Positions 1-9,407 of a stretch of 32,000 nucleotides of DNA are shown here, in pieces. The stretch's first letter is position 1; the number at the start of each line of letters is the position of its first letter. The notes below the pieces were generated by a model. The model made no database searches. It had not been told where the DNA came from and worked only from the letters and a program-made list of their open reading frames with translations. Source of the stretch: Acholeplasma laidlawii PG-8A (GTDB lineage Bacteria; Bacillota_I; Bacilli_A; Acholeplasmatales; Acholeplasmataceae); NCBI RefSeq assembly GCF_000018785.1, contig NC_010163.1:690001-722000 (forward strand). Reading direction: 5' to 3'. Made by a program: the position numbers and the translations under genes.

Positions 1-1230
1 GTTTGAATTTGAAGACTCACCAGGTAATCCAATCATTGCATGTTCTAATGCTAAATGACCATTTAATCTAACTTGTTCAGTTTGACCAAGTGTTAGGACT
101 TCCCAATAACCTTTAACAAACATACCTGCACGATCATAGAAGAAATTATTGAAATCTTTCATGTACTGTGCTTTGAAATCAGGATGTAGATCCATATAAA
201 CACGAACCATTAATTTAACAAAATCTTGAGATTGTGTAGGGTTAATAGTGTGTACTTGGACAACTGCACGTCTAAATAATGTTGAAAAAGGCGTTTGTTT
301 GTATTGTGCACGCACTGTATTATGAATCAATCCTGGTTCATAATATTCATAAAGTGTACCGTTTAACTCATAAACTGGTCCTAAGATATTAGTAACAGCA
401 GTTGGTGAGAAACCAGCACCAGATTCTTTTAAGCTAAATGTGTCATTAGACAGTAATAAGAATCTTTGTTGGTCTGTATTTATGAAAACTTCAACATAAT
501 ACTCATTTGTATCAGTATCTTTAAATAGTTTACCGGTTTTTCTAAAAGGTGTTAAACCCTGTACACTTGTGATAATCGATGGATTATCCATACGGTTAAA
601 CACATGAGTTTCAAAGTACTCAGTTATTTGTTGACCTGCAACAGCTTGACTTGAAATAGGTAAGTAGAACTTATGATTCACTTCATCCCAATACATGTTG
701 CTATTTTCTAATGTAATTAAACGTTTAGCATTTGCTGAATCAAAGTCTTCAGCTCTTGTTTCATTCGTTGTACCGAACTCGGTATATCGTAAATAGGATG
801 CCTCTTTTAAATCTCTTGCGAGGAATTCTATGAAACGTTCTTCAGTAAATAGTTTGGCGGTTGGATTTTGTGATCCAGTAGCACCACCATAATATCCCCC
901 GTTTGGTTTTTCTTCAACACCAATTTCATCTAAAAAAGCTTCAAAGGAAGCGATTCTGTTAGAAGAACTTTGTAAGATTTGGCCATCATAGAATTGGAAT
1001 AAGGATTTCTCAAACCATTCACCAAATGACTCCCCGGCAATCTTATTAAGTGCTATTTCATTTTCTGTGGTTTCTTCATAAAAATAATTAGAAGTTGCGA
1101 GCTCTAATGTTACGAAAATAGCAAAGAAAATGAAGAAAAATAGTGCTTTTAAATATTGTCTATTAAAGACTTGACCTATACCCCATATTAGCCCCGATAG
1201 TATAGATTTTATTATACTCCATGCCTTCAT
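1..1230 (-). CDS. malF: ABC transporter permease, MalF-type (maltodextrin), N-terminal part; CDS runs off the left window edge
   Basis: Open frame read on the minus strand from ATG at 1230 (MKAWSIIKSILSGLIWGIGQVFNRQYLKALFFFIFFAIF...) through position 1 without stop, with a GAGGTG SD upstream. Absent from the ORF track because it has no stop in the window. Downstream of malE; long extracytoplasmic segment after the first TM, as in MalF. Confidence 0.7.
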   Translation of the reverse strand, partial: MKAWSIIKSILSGLIWGIGQVFNRQYLKALFFFIFFAIFVTLELATSNYFYEETTENEIALNKIAGESFGEWFEKSLFQFYDGQILQSSSNRIASFEAFLDEIGVEEKPNGGYYGGATGSQNPTAKLFTEERFIEFLARDLKEASYLRYTEFGTTNETRAEDFDSANAKRLITLENSNMYWDEVNHKFYLPISSQAVAGQQITEYFETHVFNRMDNPSIITSVQGLTPFRKTGKLFKDTDTNEYYVEVFINTDQQRFLLLSNDTFSLKESGAGFSPTAVTNILGPVYELNGTLYEYYEPGLIHNTVRAQYKQTPFSTLFRRAVVQVHTINPTQSQDFVKLMVRVYMDLHPDFKAQYMKDFNNFFYDRAGMFVKGYWEVLTLGQTEQVRLNGHLALEHAMIGLPGESSNSN

Positions 1231-1267
1231 TATGTAACACCTCTTTATTGTGACTATAATTGAATGG

Positions 1268-1291
1268 AGGCGATAGGAAAACCTATCGCCT
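1268..1291. promoter_or_regulatory. Intercistronic hairpin between malE and malF
   Basis: Perfect 10-bp inverted repeat AGGCGATAGG (1268-1277) / CCTATCGCCT (1282-1291), 4-nt loop, no long U tract. Confidence 0.7.
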
Positions 1292-1329
1292 ACTCATTCT
1301 TTCTTAAATATACTTGTTGCGAAAACTAA

Positions 1330-2682
1330 TTATTGACCGCCTAGACCAGCTTGTGCACGGTATGCATTTTCAGCTGCAACCACAGCTTCAGAAATCACTG
1401 TAGCAGGGTTGTTCCAAACAGATATAATCATTGATTCACCTGGACCCCAGTAGTATTGAACTGCAGGGATTGTAGGCATTGGAATTGCACTTTCTAACTG
1501 TAATGAAATTGCAGGTAGATAAGGATCTGTACTGAAACCATCGATATTTGGTAATAGTTCAGGCTTTAAAGCAGGTAATTTATTTTTCATCTTTAATTGT
1601 AATTCCATAGCTTTATCGCTCATTAGGAATTCTAAGAATGCTGTTGCAGCTTCTTTATTATTAGAATACTTGTAAATTGCAGCCATTTGAGCACCTGCAA
1701 ATGGAGCACCTTGTACGCCACCTACTGATGGTAATGGAGCGATACCGAAGTTTAGACCTTCTGTACCAGCATATTCTTCAATATTCCATGGACCAGCAAT
1801 AATGTAAGGGATGTTACCAGCTACGAAGTTAGCACCAGCACCCACTGAGTTGTGGTTGTTGTTACCAGTTGTAGCAGGTTTTAATTTATCACGGAACCAA
1901 GTTAATGCAGCAACTGCATCTGCAAATCCTACAGCACTTGGATCATCTAGGTTTTCACCAAACGGTTGGAAGCCTAATGCAGAGTAGAATGTTTGCATGA
2001 AGTATGAGTCAGCCCAGTGAGAAGAAGTACCTAAATAGTACCAACCTTTTTGAGCATTTGTTTGACCAGAACCATCACTTGCTAATGCAGCATTCCAAGT
2101 AGCAGCAGCAGCTAATAATTCTTCCATAGTAGCAGCAGGTGTAGATACTAAATCTTTATTGTAGTATAGTCCAATAGCCTCTAGTGACATTGGTACTGCA
2201 TAAACGTTTTCTTGAGCGTTAGCACCTGGACCAAATACACCAGTGGATTCATCATATAGTAATGTAGCAATATCCATACCTAGTGGATGCGCACGTTCAG
2301 CAACACGAGTTGCTACTGAAGATGGTAATGCATAAACTAAATCTTCTAAGATCGCTGATGCTAAGTGGTCATGAGGGAATTGGAAAATGTCCGCTCCATT
2401 ACCAGTTAAACCGAAAGTTTTTAGTCTTTCACGCGCATCAACTGTACCCATATGTTGGTGTTGAACAATAATGTCTTTACCAGCATCAGTTTTGTTGAAT
2501 TCAGCGATAACTGCTTGCATATATTCACCATTTTGGTCGTCTATCCAAACAGTAATTGTTTGTTTTTCTTTATAGATTTCAGAGAAATCGTATTCTGCAC
2601 CGTCATTTTTTGCTTTTGGTGTACATGCCACCACAAATAAGACGAACATAATCATTAAGATTGAAGTAAATGTTTTTTTCAT
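1330..2682 (-). CDS. malE: Maltose/maltodextrin ABC transporter substrate-binding lipoprotein
   Basis: 450 aa; lipobox VVACTP; family 1 solute-binding protein features (ITVWIDDQNGEYMQAVIAEFNK..., PLPSVGGVQGAPFAGAQM..., MELQLKMKNKLPAL). Confidence 0.88.
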   Translation of the reverse strand: MKKTFTSILMIMFVLFVVACTPKAKNDGAEYDFSEIYKEKQTITVWIDDQNGEYMQAVIAEFNKTDAGKDIIVQHQHMGTVDARERLKTFGLTGNGADIFQFPHDHLASAILEDLVYALPSSVATRVAERAHPLGMDIATLLYDESTGVFGPGANAQENVYAVPMSLEAIGLYYNKDLVSTPAATMEELLAAAATWNAALASDGSGQTNAQKGWYYLGTSSHWADSYFMQTFYSALGFQPFGENLDDPSAVGFADAVAALTWFRDKLKPATTGNNNHNSVGAGANFVAGNIPYIIAGPWNIEEYAGTEGLNFGIAPLPSVGGVQGAPFAGAQMAAIYKYSNNKEAATAFLEFLMSDKAMELQLKMKNKLPALKPELLPNIDGFSTDPYLPAISLQLESAIPMPTIPAVQYYWGPGESMIISVWNNPATVISEAVVAAENAYRAQAGLGGQ

Positions 2683-2693
2683 GTCTATCCTCC

Positions 2694-4202
2694 TTAAGCC
2701 TCAGGTTTAACGACTCTGAAAGTAAATGTTTCTTGAGTTACGTTACCCCATGCGTCGGAAACTTGTAGCATAATTACATAATCACCAACTGTACGTGTAT
2801 CTAATTTAGAGTTTTCGCCTTTTGGAACGAATACTGCTCTAGTTAAATCGCCATCTCTGTCATCCACTGCATCGTATAGTGGGAAGTCAGCTAGGTTAAA
2901 TGGTTTACCCCATTCAACTTCGATCACTTTATCTTCACCTAAAAGTGGGAAAGTAATAACAGGTGCATTTCTATCTAAATCTAATTCGATAGATGCTTCT
3001 TCAGTACCATTATCAAAGAATAATACATAATCTTTAGTAATATCTAGTTCTGAACCGTCTGCTAAAACGACAACGAAGTCAGCAATTGTATCATTACCAG
3101 TAGCAAAGTCAACACGGTCAACAGTTAATGCAGGACCATAAGTATCTTCACCAGTCAATTCTTTAACTGAGAACCAACCTTTAACTAATGCTAAAGCTTG
3201 AGCTTCAGTTAATTCAGAGTCTTCATCTTTTAGCGGATTAGCTAATTGAGCAGAAGTTTTAACGATAACTTGGTTAGATCTAACAGCATATGTACCGCTA
3301 GCAGCGCCAGAAGTAGCGTCTACAGTGTAAGGTAATAATCTGAATGAGAATGCATTGAATGCAAAATCAGCAAAATTTTCATTACCGTAGAATAAGTTAG
3401 TATTAGTTGTTACACCATTACCATTAGAGTAAACGAATGCAAAACCGACTGCACCTGGTTCATGAGTACCTTCACCTAAAGATAATTGTAAAGTAACATC
3501 CCCAGTTTTCTTAGAACCATCGCCTTCACCGAAGTAAATCAGTAATCCAGCACCTGGAACTTCATCATCTTCTGTTGGAGCAGCAGTTAACATTGAAGCT
3601 TTAACAGCCATACCAGTAGCTGTATTACCAGCTGTTGAGAAGATTTTTAGTGGTTCGTTCCAACCTGTAGCTTCTTGTGACCAACCACCCCAGTTGTGAA
3701 CACCTAGATTATCTTCGTAAGATCCTGATGGATCAAAGTATAGTAAGAACATATTATATTTTGTATTGTCAGCAACGAAATATCTCGGATCTTCAGTAGT
3801 AGTATTACCTGATCCTTGTACAATATAAACGTGTACAGTTTCATTTGCTTTTACAACTGATTTTTTAATTGATATGTCCCCAGTAAATTTATTTCCCCAG
3901 TTTGGATCCCCAGCTAAACCATTTGGTCTTTCAACTGCAATCCATCCATAAGTTTCTGTGCTTGAAGATGCAACCACAGGTAAACCTTCATAAATAAATG
4001 TCGCGCCAAAATCATCGACGCCGTCATGGATGCCATGTGGATCTATGCCACCCCAAGTATGCGTACCTAACAAGTCGTAATTTTCACTCCAATTTTTAAA
4101 GTGAACGACTAGAGTTCCAGTTTCCTCTTCCGCAGCATAAAGATGCGGTAAAGCAACTAGTATGGTAGCAAAAACTAATAAAGATAAGATAATCTTTTTC
4201 AT
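2694..4202 (-). CDS. Secreted protein with two CBM41/PUD-like segments and a C-terminal Ig-like domain
   Basis: Signal peptide MKKIILSLLVFATILVALPHLYAA. Duplicated motif YDLLGTHTWGG / YEDNLGVHNWGGW. C-terminal APVITF...GKPFNLADFPLYDAVDDRDGDLT...GDYVIMLQVSDAWGN is DUF5011-like. N-terminus resembles that of the neighbouring pullulanase. Confidence 0.6.
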   Translation of the reverse strand: MKKIILSLLVFATILVALPHLYAAEEETGTLVVHFKNWSENYDLLGTHTWGGIDPHGIHDGVDDFGATFIYEGLPVVASSSTETYGWIAVERPNGLAGDPNWGNKFTGDISIKKSVVKANETVHVYIVQGSGNTTTEDPRYFVADNTKYNMFLLYFDPSGSYEDNLGVHNWGGWSQEATGWNEPLKIFSTAGNTATGMAVKASMLTAAPTEDDEVPGAGLLIYFGEGDGSKKTGDVTLQLSLGEGTHEPGAVGFAFVYSNGNGVTTNTNLFYGNENFADFAFNAFSFRLLPYTVDATSGAASGTYAVRSNQVIVKTSAQLANPLKDEDSELTEAQALALVKGWFSVKELTGEDTYGPALTVDRVDFATGNDTIADFVVVLADGSELDITKDYVLFFDNGTEEASIELDLDRNAPVITFPLLGEDKVIEVEWGKPFNLADFPLYDAVDDRDGDLTRAVFVPKGENSKLDTRTVGDYVIMLQVSDAWGNVTQETFTFRVVKPEA

Positions 4203-4270
4203 TTTACCCTCCTAAAAAGTATTGTTTGTATCATCTTACAACACAAGTATATCATATTTATTTATAATTT

Positions 4271-4285
4271 TGTAAAGCGTTTACA
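4271..4285. promoter_or_regulatory. LacI-family operator-like palindrome
   Basis: TGTAAAGCGTTTACA, odd-length near-symmetric palindrome upstream of the malE-containing minus-strand genes. Confidence 0.6.
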
Positions 4286-4297
4286 TATGCGGTACGT

Positions 4298-4331
4298 GTG
4301 CAAACGGTTTCTTATTTGCAAACGCTATCAT
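4298..4331. promoter_or_regulatory. Composite cre/MalR-like operator upstream of the 4202-to-1 minus-strand cluster
   Basis: GTGCAAACGGTTTCTTATTTGCAAACGCTATCAT; contains TGCAAACGCTATCA, one mismatch to TGWAANCGNTNWCA. Near-identical copy at 5969-6000. Confidence 0.65.
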
Positions 4332-4437
4332 TATAAAAGTAAAAATTAGGTATAATTCCAATTTTCATGTATTTTTTAATTTGCATAAAAAAAACCACCC
4401 ATTTGAATAATGGATGGTTAAATGCTTGACTAAGTGA

Positions 4438-5253
4438 TTAAGAAAAGTTTTTTCTTGAAAATACTAAGAAGACTAACATGACGATTAATCCAAGAACTAG
4501 GTTGAATACAACAGGTGCAAATCCTGGAAGAATAAGTCCAAATATCAAGGCTAACACACTTGGCAGTGTAGAAGCTAAGACGATGAAGTTTAGACCTTCT
4601 AAGTAACTTAAGAAGTTTTGGAATCCGAATCTAAAGAGTTGAATAATACCTGATAATACAATGATATAAATAAGTGTTGCTAAAAACTGAACGGACTGGT
4701 TTCTAATGACTGTAAACAAAATGATTTGATCACTAAATGATTTTTCAATGGATTCACCAAAAAGCTGATAATCTCTAATGCGTTCATCTCCTGTAGAAAT
4801 ATTTAACTGACTTAACATGATAGGTGTTTCAAATCCTTTGTAATTCGGTGAACTAGTTGTATTTTTGTTAATGTCTATATATTGTATATAATCAGCGTAG
4901 AAGATGACTATGTTTTTATTGGTTACAGATTCAATGGATTCATCATAACCAAAATAGTAGATGAAATTTTCATGCGCATAACTTGAACCATTTAATGCAT
5001 TGCTGTCTATACCGCCAGATGTAATGGTAATTGAAGGAAGTGAAGACCAATTAGGTGTAGTCTCTGTAAGGTTATGTTCAATAAAATTAATTTTAGAACC
5101 CTGTTCTTCAAAGGTTAACCAGGTTAGTGGAAAGTTGGCAATAAATGTTAATAGAATAAAGTATATAAAGACTTTGAGTGCATGAACTTTTCTACTGTTT
5201 TCAATTAATTTTGGAAATTGAAAACCCATTTTAAAATATTTAACCAAAAACAT
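4438..5253 (-). CDS. DUF1189-like membrane protein (YvdJ-like, maltodextrin-associated)
   Basis: 271 aa, hydrophobic N- and C-terminal segments; FPKLIENSRKVHALKVFIYFILLTFIANFP and context in a maltodextrin locus. Confidence 0.55.
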   Translation of the reverse strand: MFLVKYFKMGFQFPKLIENSRKVHALKVFIYFILLTFIANFPLTWLTFEEQGSKINFIEHNLTETTPNWSSLPSITITSGGIDSNALNGSSYAHENFIYYFGYDESIESVTNKNIVIFYADYIQYIDINKNTTSSPNYKGFETPIMLSQLNISTGDERIRDYQLFGESIEKSFSDQIILFTVIRNQSVQFLATLIYIIVLSGIIQLFRFGFQNFLSYLEGLNFIVLASTLPSVLALIFGLILPGFAPVVFNLVLGLIVMLVFLVFSRKNFS

Positions 5254-5732
5254 TATTTTAATCTCGTTTCTTTCATCGTTTTTGTTTGTAATGTTTCGTT
5301 CATGCGAACATTTTGCGGTGAAGTGTCTAAATCAATGACTTTGGTCTTGAACACATAATCATGAATTGTTCTAGACACATGTTTTTCTGAAAGTGCGAAA
5401 AAGGCGATTACTGAGTAGAGACCAAATGTTGCAATTGAAAAGAAGTATTTGAAAACTTCTCTACTAATCAGTTTTAATTTGGAAGGATTGCTTCCATCCA
5501 TATTAACCACTTTGATCTTTTGAAGTCTTTTACCAAAAGTCTGTCCAGCTTTTGTCAATTGTGGAAATATAATAAGGAAAAAGAATGTCAAGATAAGTAT
5601 GGATGCTTGAATGTATGGTCTGATACTATCGTCTATATTAGCTAATCCAAAGGCTGTTAGTATAAATATAATAATTAAACCTGAAATGTCTGCTGCAAAT
5701 GCACGTACTCTTTTTTCGAATCTAGGTACCAT
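5253..5732 (-). CDS. RDD family membrane protein
   Basis: RFEKRVRAFAADISGLIIIFILTAFGLANID ... QTFGKRLQKIKVV ... LISREVFKYFFS pattern. Abuts the 4438-5253 gene. Confidence 0.65.
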   Translation of the reverse strand: MVPRFEKRVRAFAADISGLIIIFILTAFGLANIDDSIRPYIQASILILTFFFLIIFPQLTKAGQTFGKRLQKIKVVNMDGSNPSKLKLISREVFKYFFSIATFGLYSVIAFFALSEKHVSRTIHDYVFKTKVIDLDTSPQNVRMNETLQTKTMKETRLK

Positions 5733-5840
5733 GTTGATATCCCTCTGCTTTCATTTTATGTGTTTTATTATAACACGGTATTTTATTTAGATCCCAATCA
5801 TATTGGACCGTAATAAACTAAGAAACATTATATTACAATT

Positions 5841-5871
5841 TGTAAGCGATTACATTATGTAAACGATACCA
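5841..5871. promoter_or_regulatory. Two cre-like operators upstream of the pullulanase gene
   Basis: TGTAAGCGATTACA (5841-5854) matches TGWAANCGNTNWCA exactly; TGTAAACGATACCA (5858-5871) has one mismatch. Confidence 0.65.
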
Positions 5872-5968
5872 TAACGTTAAGTTTTAAATTTTTATGTGTA
5901 AAAGTACAAAATCAAAGACTTACTAAAATTTGGCTACTACCAGAAAACCTATATTGAATAGTGATATT

Positions 5969-6000
5969 GTGCAAACGGTTTCTTATGCAAACGCTATCAT
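5969..6000. promoter_or_regulatory. Composite cre/MalR-like operator upstream of pullulanase
   Basis: GTGCAAACGGTTTCTTATGCAAACGCTATCAT; same as 4298-4331 except for a 2-nt deletion. Confidence 0.65.
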
Positions 6001-6058
6001 TGAATACAATGAAAGACATAAATCTATGATATATTTAAATCCTAGGAGGGTTGGGAAA

Positions 6059-8998
6059 TTGAAAAAAATAATATTATTTTTATTAACAGTTATGTTAACA
6101 AGTGTATTAGCTTTATCAATTACTTATGCTAGTGAAAGACCAAATACATTAGTCGTTCATTATTTTAGGTATGATGGCAATTACACAGGCTATAACATGT
6201 GGTTATGGCAAAATGAGCCTACTGGTTTAGGTGGTAAACAATTTAACTTTACTAATACAAATGTAGATGAACATGGTGCTTATTATGAAGTGGATTTAGA
6301 AGCAGAAGGCTATAATGAAACCACTAAATGGGGCATTATCATTAAACAAGGTGCTTGGGATGGTTACAGAGAACCAGGTGGAGATAGATTCTTTAAACTT
6401 AGTGATGCCGAGTTAATTAATGGTAAAATCCATGCTTACTTTGTCCAAGCAGATACACGTATTGGTTTAAGTAATGCAGATTTAGCAAATAATATACCAG
6501 ATTACAGACCAAATATCTTATTTGTAGCATTTAATGCACAAAGAAATATCGTTGTAGACTTAACGCATCCTGCAACAAGTTATAAAGTATATGAAAATGA
6601 TGTTCAAGTTAAATCAGGTAATTTTACTACAGGTCTTAGACAAACAATTACAGATCTAAATATTGACTTGACAAAAACATATGATTTAGAAGTGACTTTT
6701 GCTGATTCAACAGCAAGAAAAACAGTCTCACTTCAAAATCTATATGACACACCTGAATTTGAAAATGCCTTTACCTATGACGGAGAGTTAGGTGCTATAT
6801 ATACAAAAGCTGAAACAACCTTTAGATTATGGGCACCAGTATCGCAAGCTGTTTCAGTTAATATCTATAATCAAGGACATCCTCAATATAACCGCTTAGG
6901 GCAGGCATCAGAAGAGGCTAACCCGGTATCAACACATGAGATGACACCGATTGAAAATGGTGTATGGGAAGTTAAATTATCAGGTGATTTTGCATCTAAG
7001 TATTATACATTTGATGTCACTAATAATAATGTTACAAATGAGGTAACAGATCCATATAGTTACTCAACAGGTGCAAATGGACTAAGAAGTATGGTTGTTG
7101 ACTTTGATTCAACAGATCCTTTATATTGGGATTTTTCAACAAGACCCAATACAATTCAAACATTTACTGATTACATCATTTGGGAATTACATGTGAGAGA
7201 CTTAACAACACATAGTTCTTGGAATGGTACAGAATCAAGCCGTGGTAAGTTTTTAGGTTTAGCAGAATCTGGTACAACGTATTCAGCAAATGGTACAACC
7301 GTTACTACAGGGCTTGATCACATTGAAGAGTTAGGCGTGAATGCAGTACATTTACTACCTATCTTTGATTTTGGTTATATTGATGAAGTAGAAGTATTTA
7401 AAAACCCTAATACTGAAAATGTGTTTAACTGGGGTTATATGCCGTATCACTTTAATACATTAGAAGGATCTTACTCTACCAATCCATTTGATGGTAATGT
7501 TAGAATTTATGAATTCAAACAAGCTGTTCAAGCATTTCACCAAAAAGATATCCGAGTAATTATGGACGTTGTCTATAACCATACCGGTGAATCTGAAGGT
7601 TCAAACTTCCATAAAATTGTTCCAGGTTATTTCCATAGATTAAACGCTAATGGTGGGTTCCAAAATGGTTCTGGTACAGGTAATGAAACGGCTTCGGAAC
7701 GTAGTATGGTGCGTAAATTCATGGTAGACTCTACAGTATTTTTAGCTGAAGAATATAAACTATCTGGCTTTAGATTTGACCTGATGTCACTACACGATAT
7801 TGAAACAATGAATGCAATTAGAGAAGCTTTAAATAAAATTGATCCAACCATTATTTTATATGGTGAACCTTGGGCAGGTGGTGACACCTTAATTGATGGC
7901 GATATCGCTGCTGGTATGACAAATACCAATGGTTGGGACCGTACTCAAGTACGTAAAATGGATAGTGGTGTTGGTGCATTTAATGACTTGTATAGAAATG
8001 CATTAAAAGGTACACCAGACGGTGCTGAAGGTGGATTTGTTCAAGGTGCTATGGACTTTAATAAGATGCAAGACTTACGTAAAGGTATTATGGGTGCTAC
8101 AGAGCAATTTACAAACTCACCGCTTCAAAATATCGTTTATGGTGAAGCACATGATAACTTAACGTTACATGATAAATTAAGATCATCAGGTGTTCCAATT
8201 AATGAAGTAAAACACGCTCAAGTACAATCTAACGCGATAGTATTAACCTCAATGGGTATACCATTCCTTCATGCAGGTACAGAATTCTTAAGATCGAAAC
8301 CACTTCAAAATGGAGGGTATGATCATAACTCATACGAATCTCCTGATAGTGTGAACCAATTAAGATGGGACCGCAAACTAGAATATAATGATGTATTTGA
8401 ATATCATAAAGCACTGATTCATATTCGTAAAACTTATCAAGGTTTACGTATGGATAATATGACAGAAATTAATGCAAGATTTAATTTTGTTCAAACCTCA
8501 CAAGATCATACTGATAAATCACTAGCATACACAATTGATGGCGTTGGTAATCAACCAAAACTTTTAATTATTCATGCTGGACGTGTAACAGGTACCTCAG
8601 TGACATTAAATGATGGTAAAACCTATATGATGGTCACTTCAAGAGCTGGTAGTCAAGGTTTATATGATGTATCTAAAGGTTTGGTTACAAGAAGTGGTAA
8701 GTTTGATGTATTAACACAAAATACAACTTCAATATTTGTTGAGGTAAAATCAACAGATCTACCAACATTAAAATCTGAAGTGGTAACTGTAGCATTAAAT
8801 GAAGCATTTGATGGCTTAAGTAATGTGAATGTACCAGCAGGTGCAACTGCATATGCAACAGCAATTGATACATCCATTCCAGGATTTAAAGTAGTGACTG
8901 TATCGATTACAGACTTCTTAGGTAATCAATCTAACTTATACTACGTAGCCAATGTTTCAGGTGGAATGTTTACAAACGTATTAGGAGGATTATCATAA
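6059..8998 (+). CDS. pulA: Secreted type I pullulanase / glycogen-debranching enzyme
   Basis: GH13 motifs DVVYNHTGES, GFRFDLMSLHD, GEPWAGGD; YNWGYMPYHFNTLEGSY near the type I pullulanase YNWGYDP motif; N-terminal CBM41/PUD-like segment. Track ORF begins at 5930, but AGGAGGG followed by TTG at 6059 and signal sequence LKKIILFLLTVMLTSVLALSITYA suggests a TTG start. Confidence 0.88.
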   Translation: MKKIILFLLTVMLTSVLALSITYASERPNTLVVHYFRYDGNYTGYNMWLWQNEPTGLGGKQFNFTNTNVDEHGAYYEVDLEAEGYNETTKWGIIIKQGAWDGYREPGGDRFFKLSDAELINGKIHAYFVQADTRIGLSNADLANNIPDYRPNILFVAFNAQRNIVVDLTHPATSYKVYENDVQVKSGNFTTGLRQTITDLNIDLTKTYDLEVTFADSTARKTVSLQNLYDTPEFENAFTYDGELGAIYTKAETTFRLWAPVSQAVSVNIYNQGHPQYNRLGQASEEANPVSTHEMTPIENGVWEVKLSGDFASKYYTFDVTNNNVTNEVTDPYSYSTGANGLRSMVVDFDSTDPLYWDFSTRPNTIQTFTDYIIWELHVRDLTTHSSWNGTESSRGKFLGLAESGTTYSANGTTVTTGLDHIEELGVNAVHLLPIFDFGYIDEVEVFKNPNTENVFNWGYMPYHFNTLEGSYSTNPFDGNVRIYEFKQAVQAFHQKDIRVIMDVVYNHTGESEGSNFHKIVPGYFHRLNANGGFQNGSGTGNETASERSMVRKFMVDSTVFLAEEYKLSGFRFDLMSLHDIETMNAIREALNKIDPTIILYGEPWAGGDTLIDGDIAAGMTNTNGWDRTQVRKMDSGVGAFNDLYRNALKGTPDGAEGGFVQGAMDFNKMQDLRKGIMGATEQFTNSPLQNIVYGEAHDNLTLHDKLRSSGVPINEVKHAQVQSNAIVLTSMGIPFLHAGTEFLRSKPLQNGGYDHNSYESPDSVNQLRWDRKLEYNDVFEYHKALIHIRKTYQGLRMDNMTEINARFNFVQTSQDHTDKSLAYTIDGVGNQPKLLIIHAGRVTGTSVTLNDGKTYMMVTSRAGSQGLYDVSKGLVTRSGKFDVLTQNTTSIFVEVKSTDLPTLKSEVVTVALNEAFDGLSNVNVPAGATAYATAIDTSIPGFKVVTVSITDFLGNQSNLYYVANVSGGMFTNVLGGLS

Positions 8999-9354
8999 TG
9001 AAAAAAGTACTTTTAGCTGTAAGTATCTTATTATCTTTACTCTTAGTTGCATGTGATAGTTCAAGTAGTGCAACCGTAGATATAGAAAATATAAACTTAA
9101 CATCAAATATCTTAGAAGCAGATTTAAAAATTAAAGTAGAATACCAAACTAGTGAAGAGTTAATGGAGCTTGTTACATCTGCAGTGAACTTAACTTATTC
9201 ACACTATAAAGAAGATTTTGGTACAAAAATATATACACTCTATTTTAAAGTGTATGCTAAAGATGCTACTGAAGCATTAGGTATTATCACGTATAAGGTA
9301 AATGATTCTAAAATTAACCCGGGTTTAACCTATATTGGAGATAATTTAAACTAA
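8998..9354 (+). CDS. Small lipoprotein, unknown function
   Basis: 118 aa, lipobox LLLVACDSS; start codon overlaps the stop of the pullulanase gene (TAATG). Confidence 0.65.
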   Translation: MKKVLLAVSILLSLLLVACDSSSSATVDIENINLTSNILEADLKIKVEYQTSEELMELVTSAVNLTYSHYKEDFGTKIYTLYFKVYAKDATEALGIITYKVNDSKINPGLTYIGDNLN

Positions 9355-9374
9355 ATTCATAGAGATAAATAAAT

Positions 9375-9402
9375 CAACCCTCTCCAATTAAGGAAAGGGT
9401 TG
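9375..9402. terminator. Bidirectional terminator between convergent genes
   Basis: CAACCCTCTCC / GGAAAGGGTTG inverted repeat (one mismatch), followed by TTTT. Confidence 0.7.
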
Positions 9403-9407
9403 TTTTA

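Noticed and set aside
2283-2640. Short track ORFs on the strand opposite malE (2283-2471, 2452-2640).
   Set aside because: They lie antisense inside a well-supported CDS, have no clear SD and no recognisable domain; the same reasoning applies to the 60-100 aa ORFs at 5000, 7627, 8229, 8653, 8685, 13792, 16243, 17203, 20036, 21106, 28165, 28397, 28645, 29809 and 30642.
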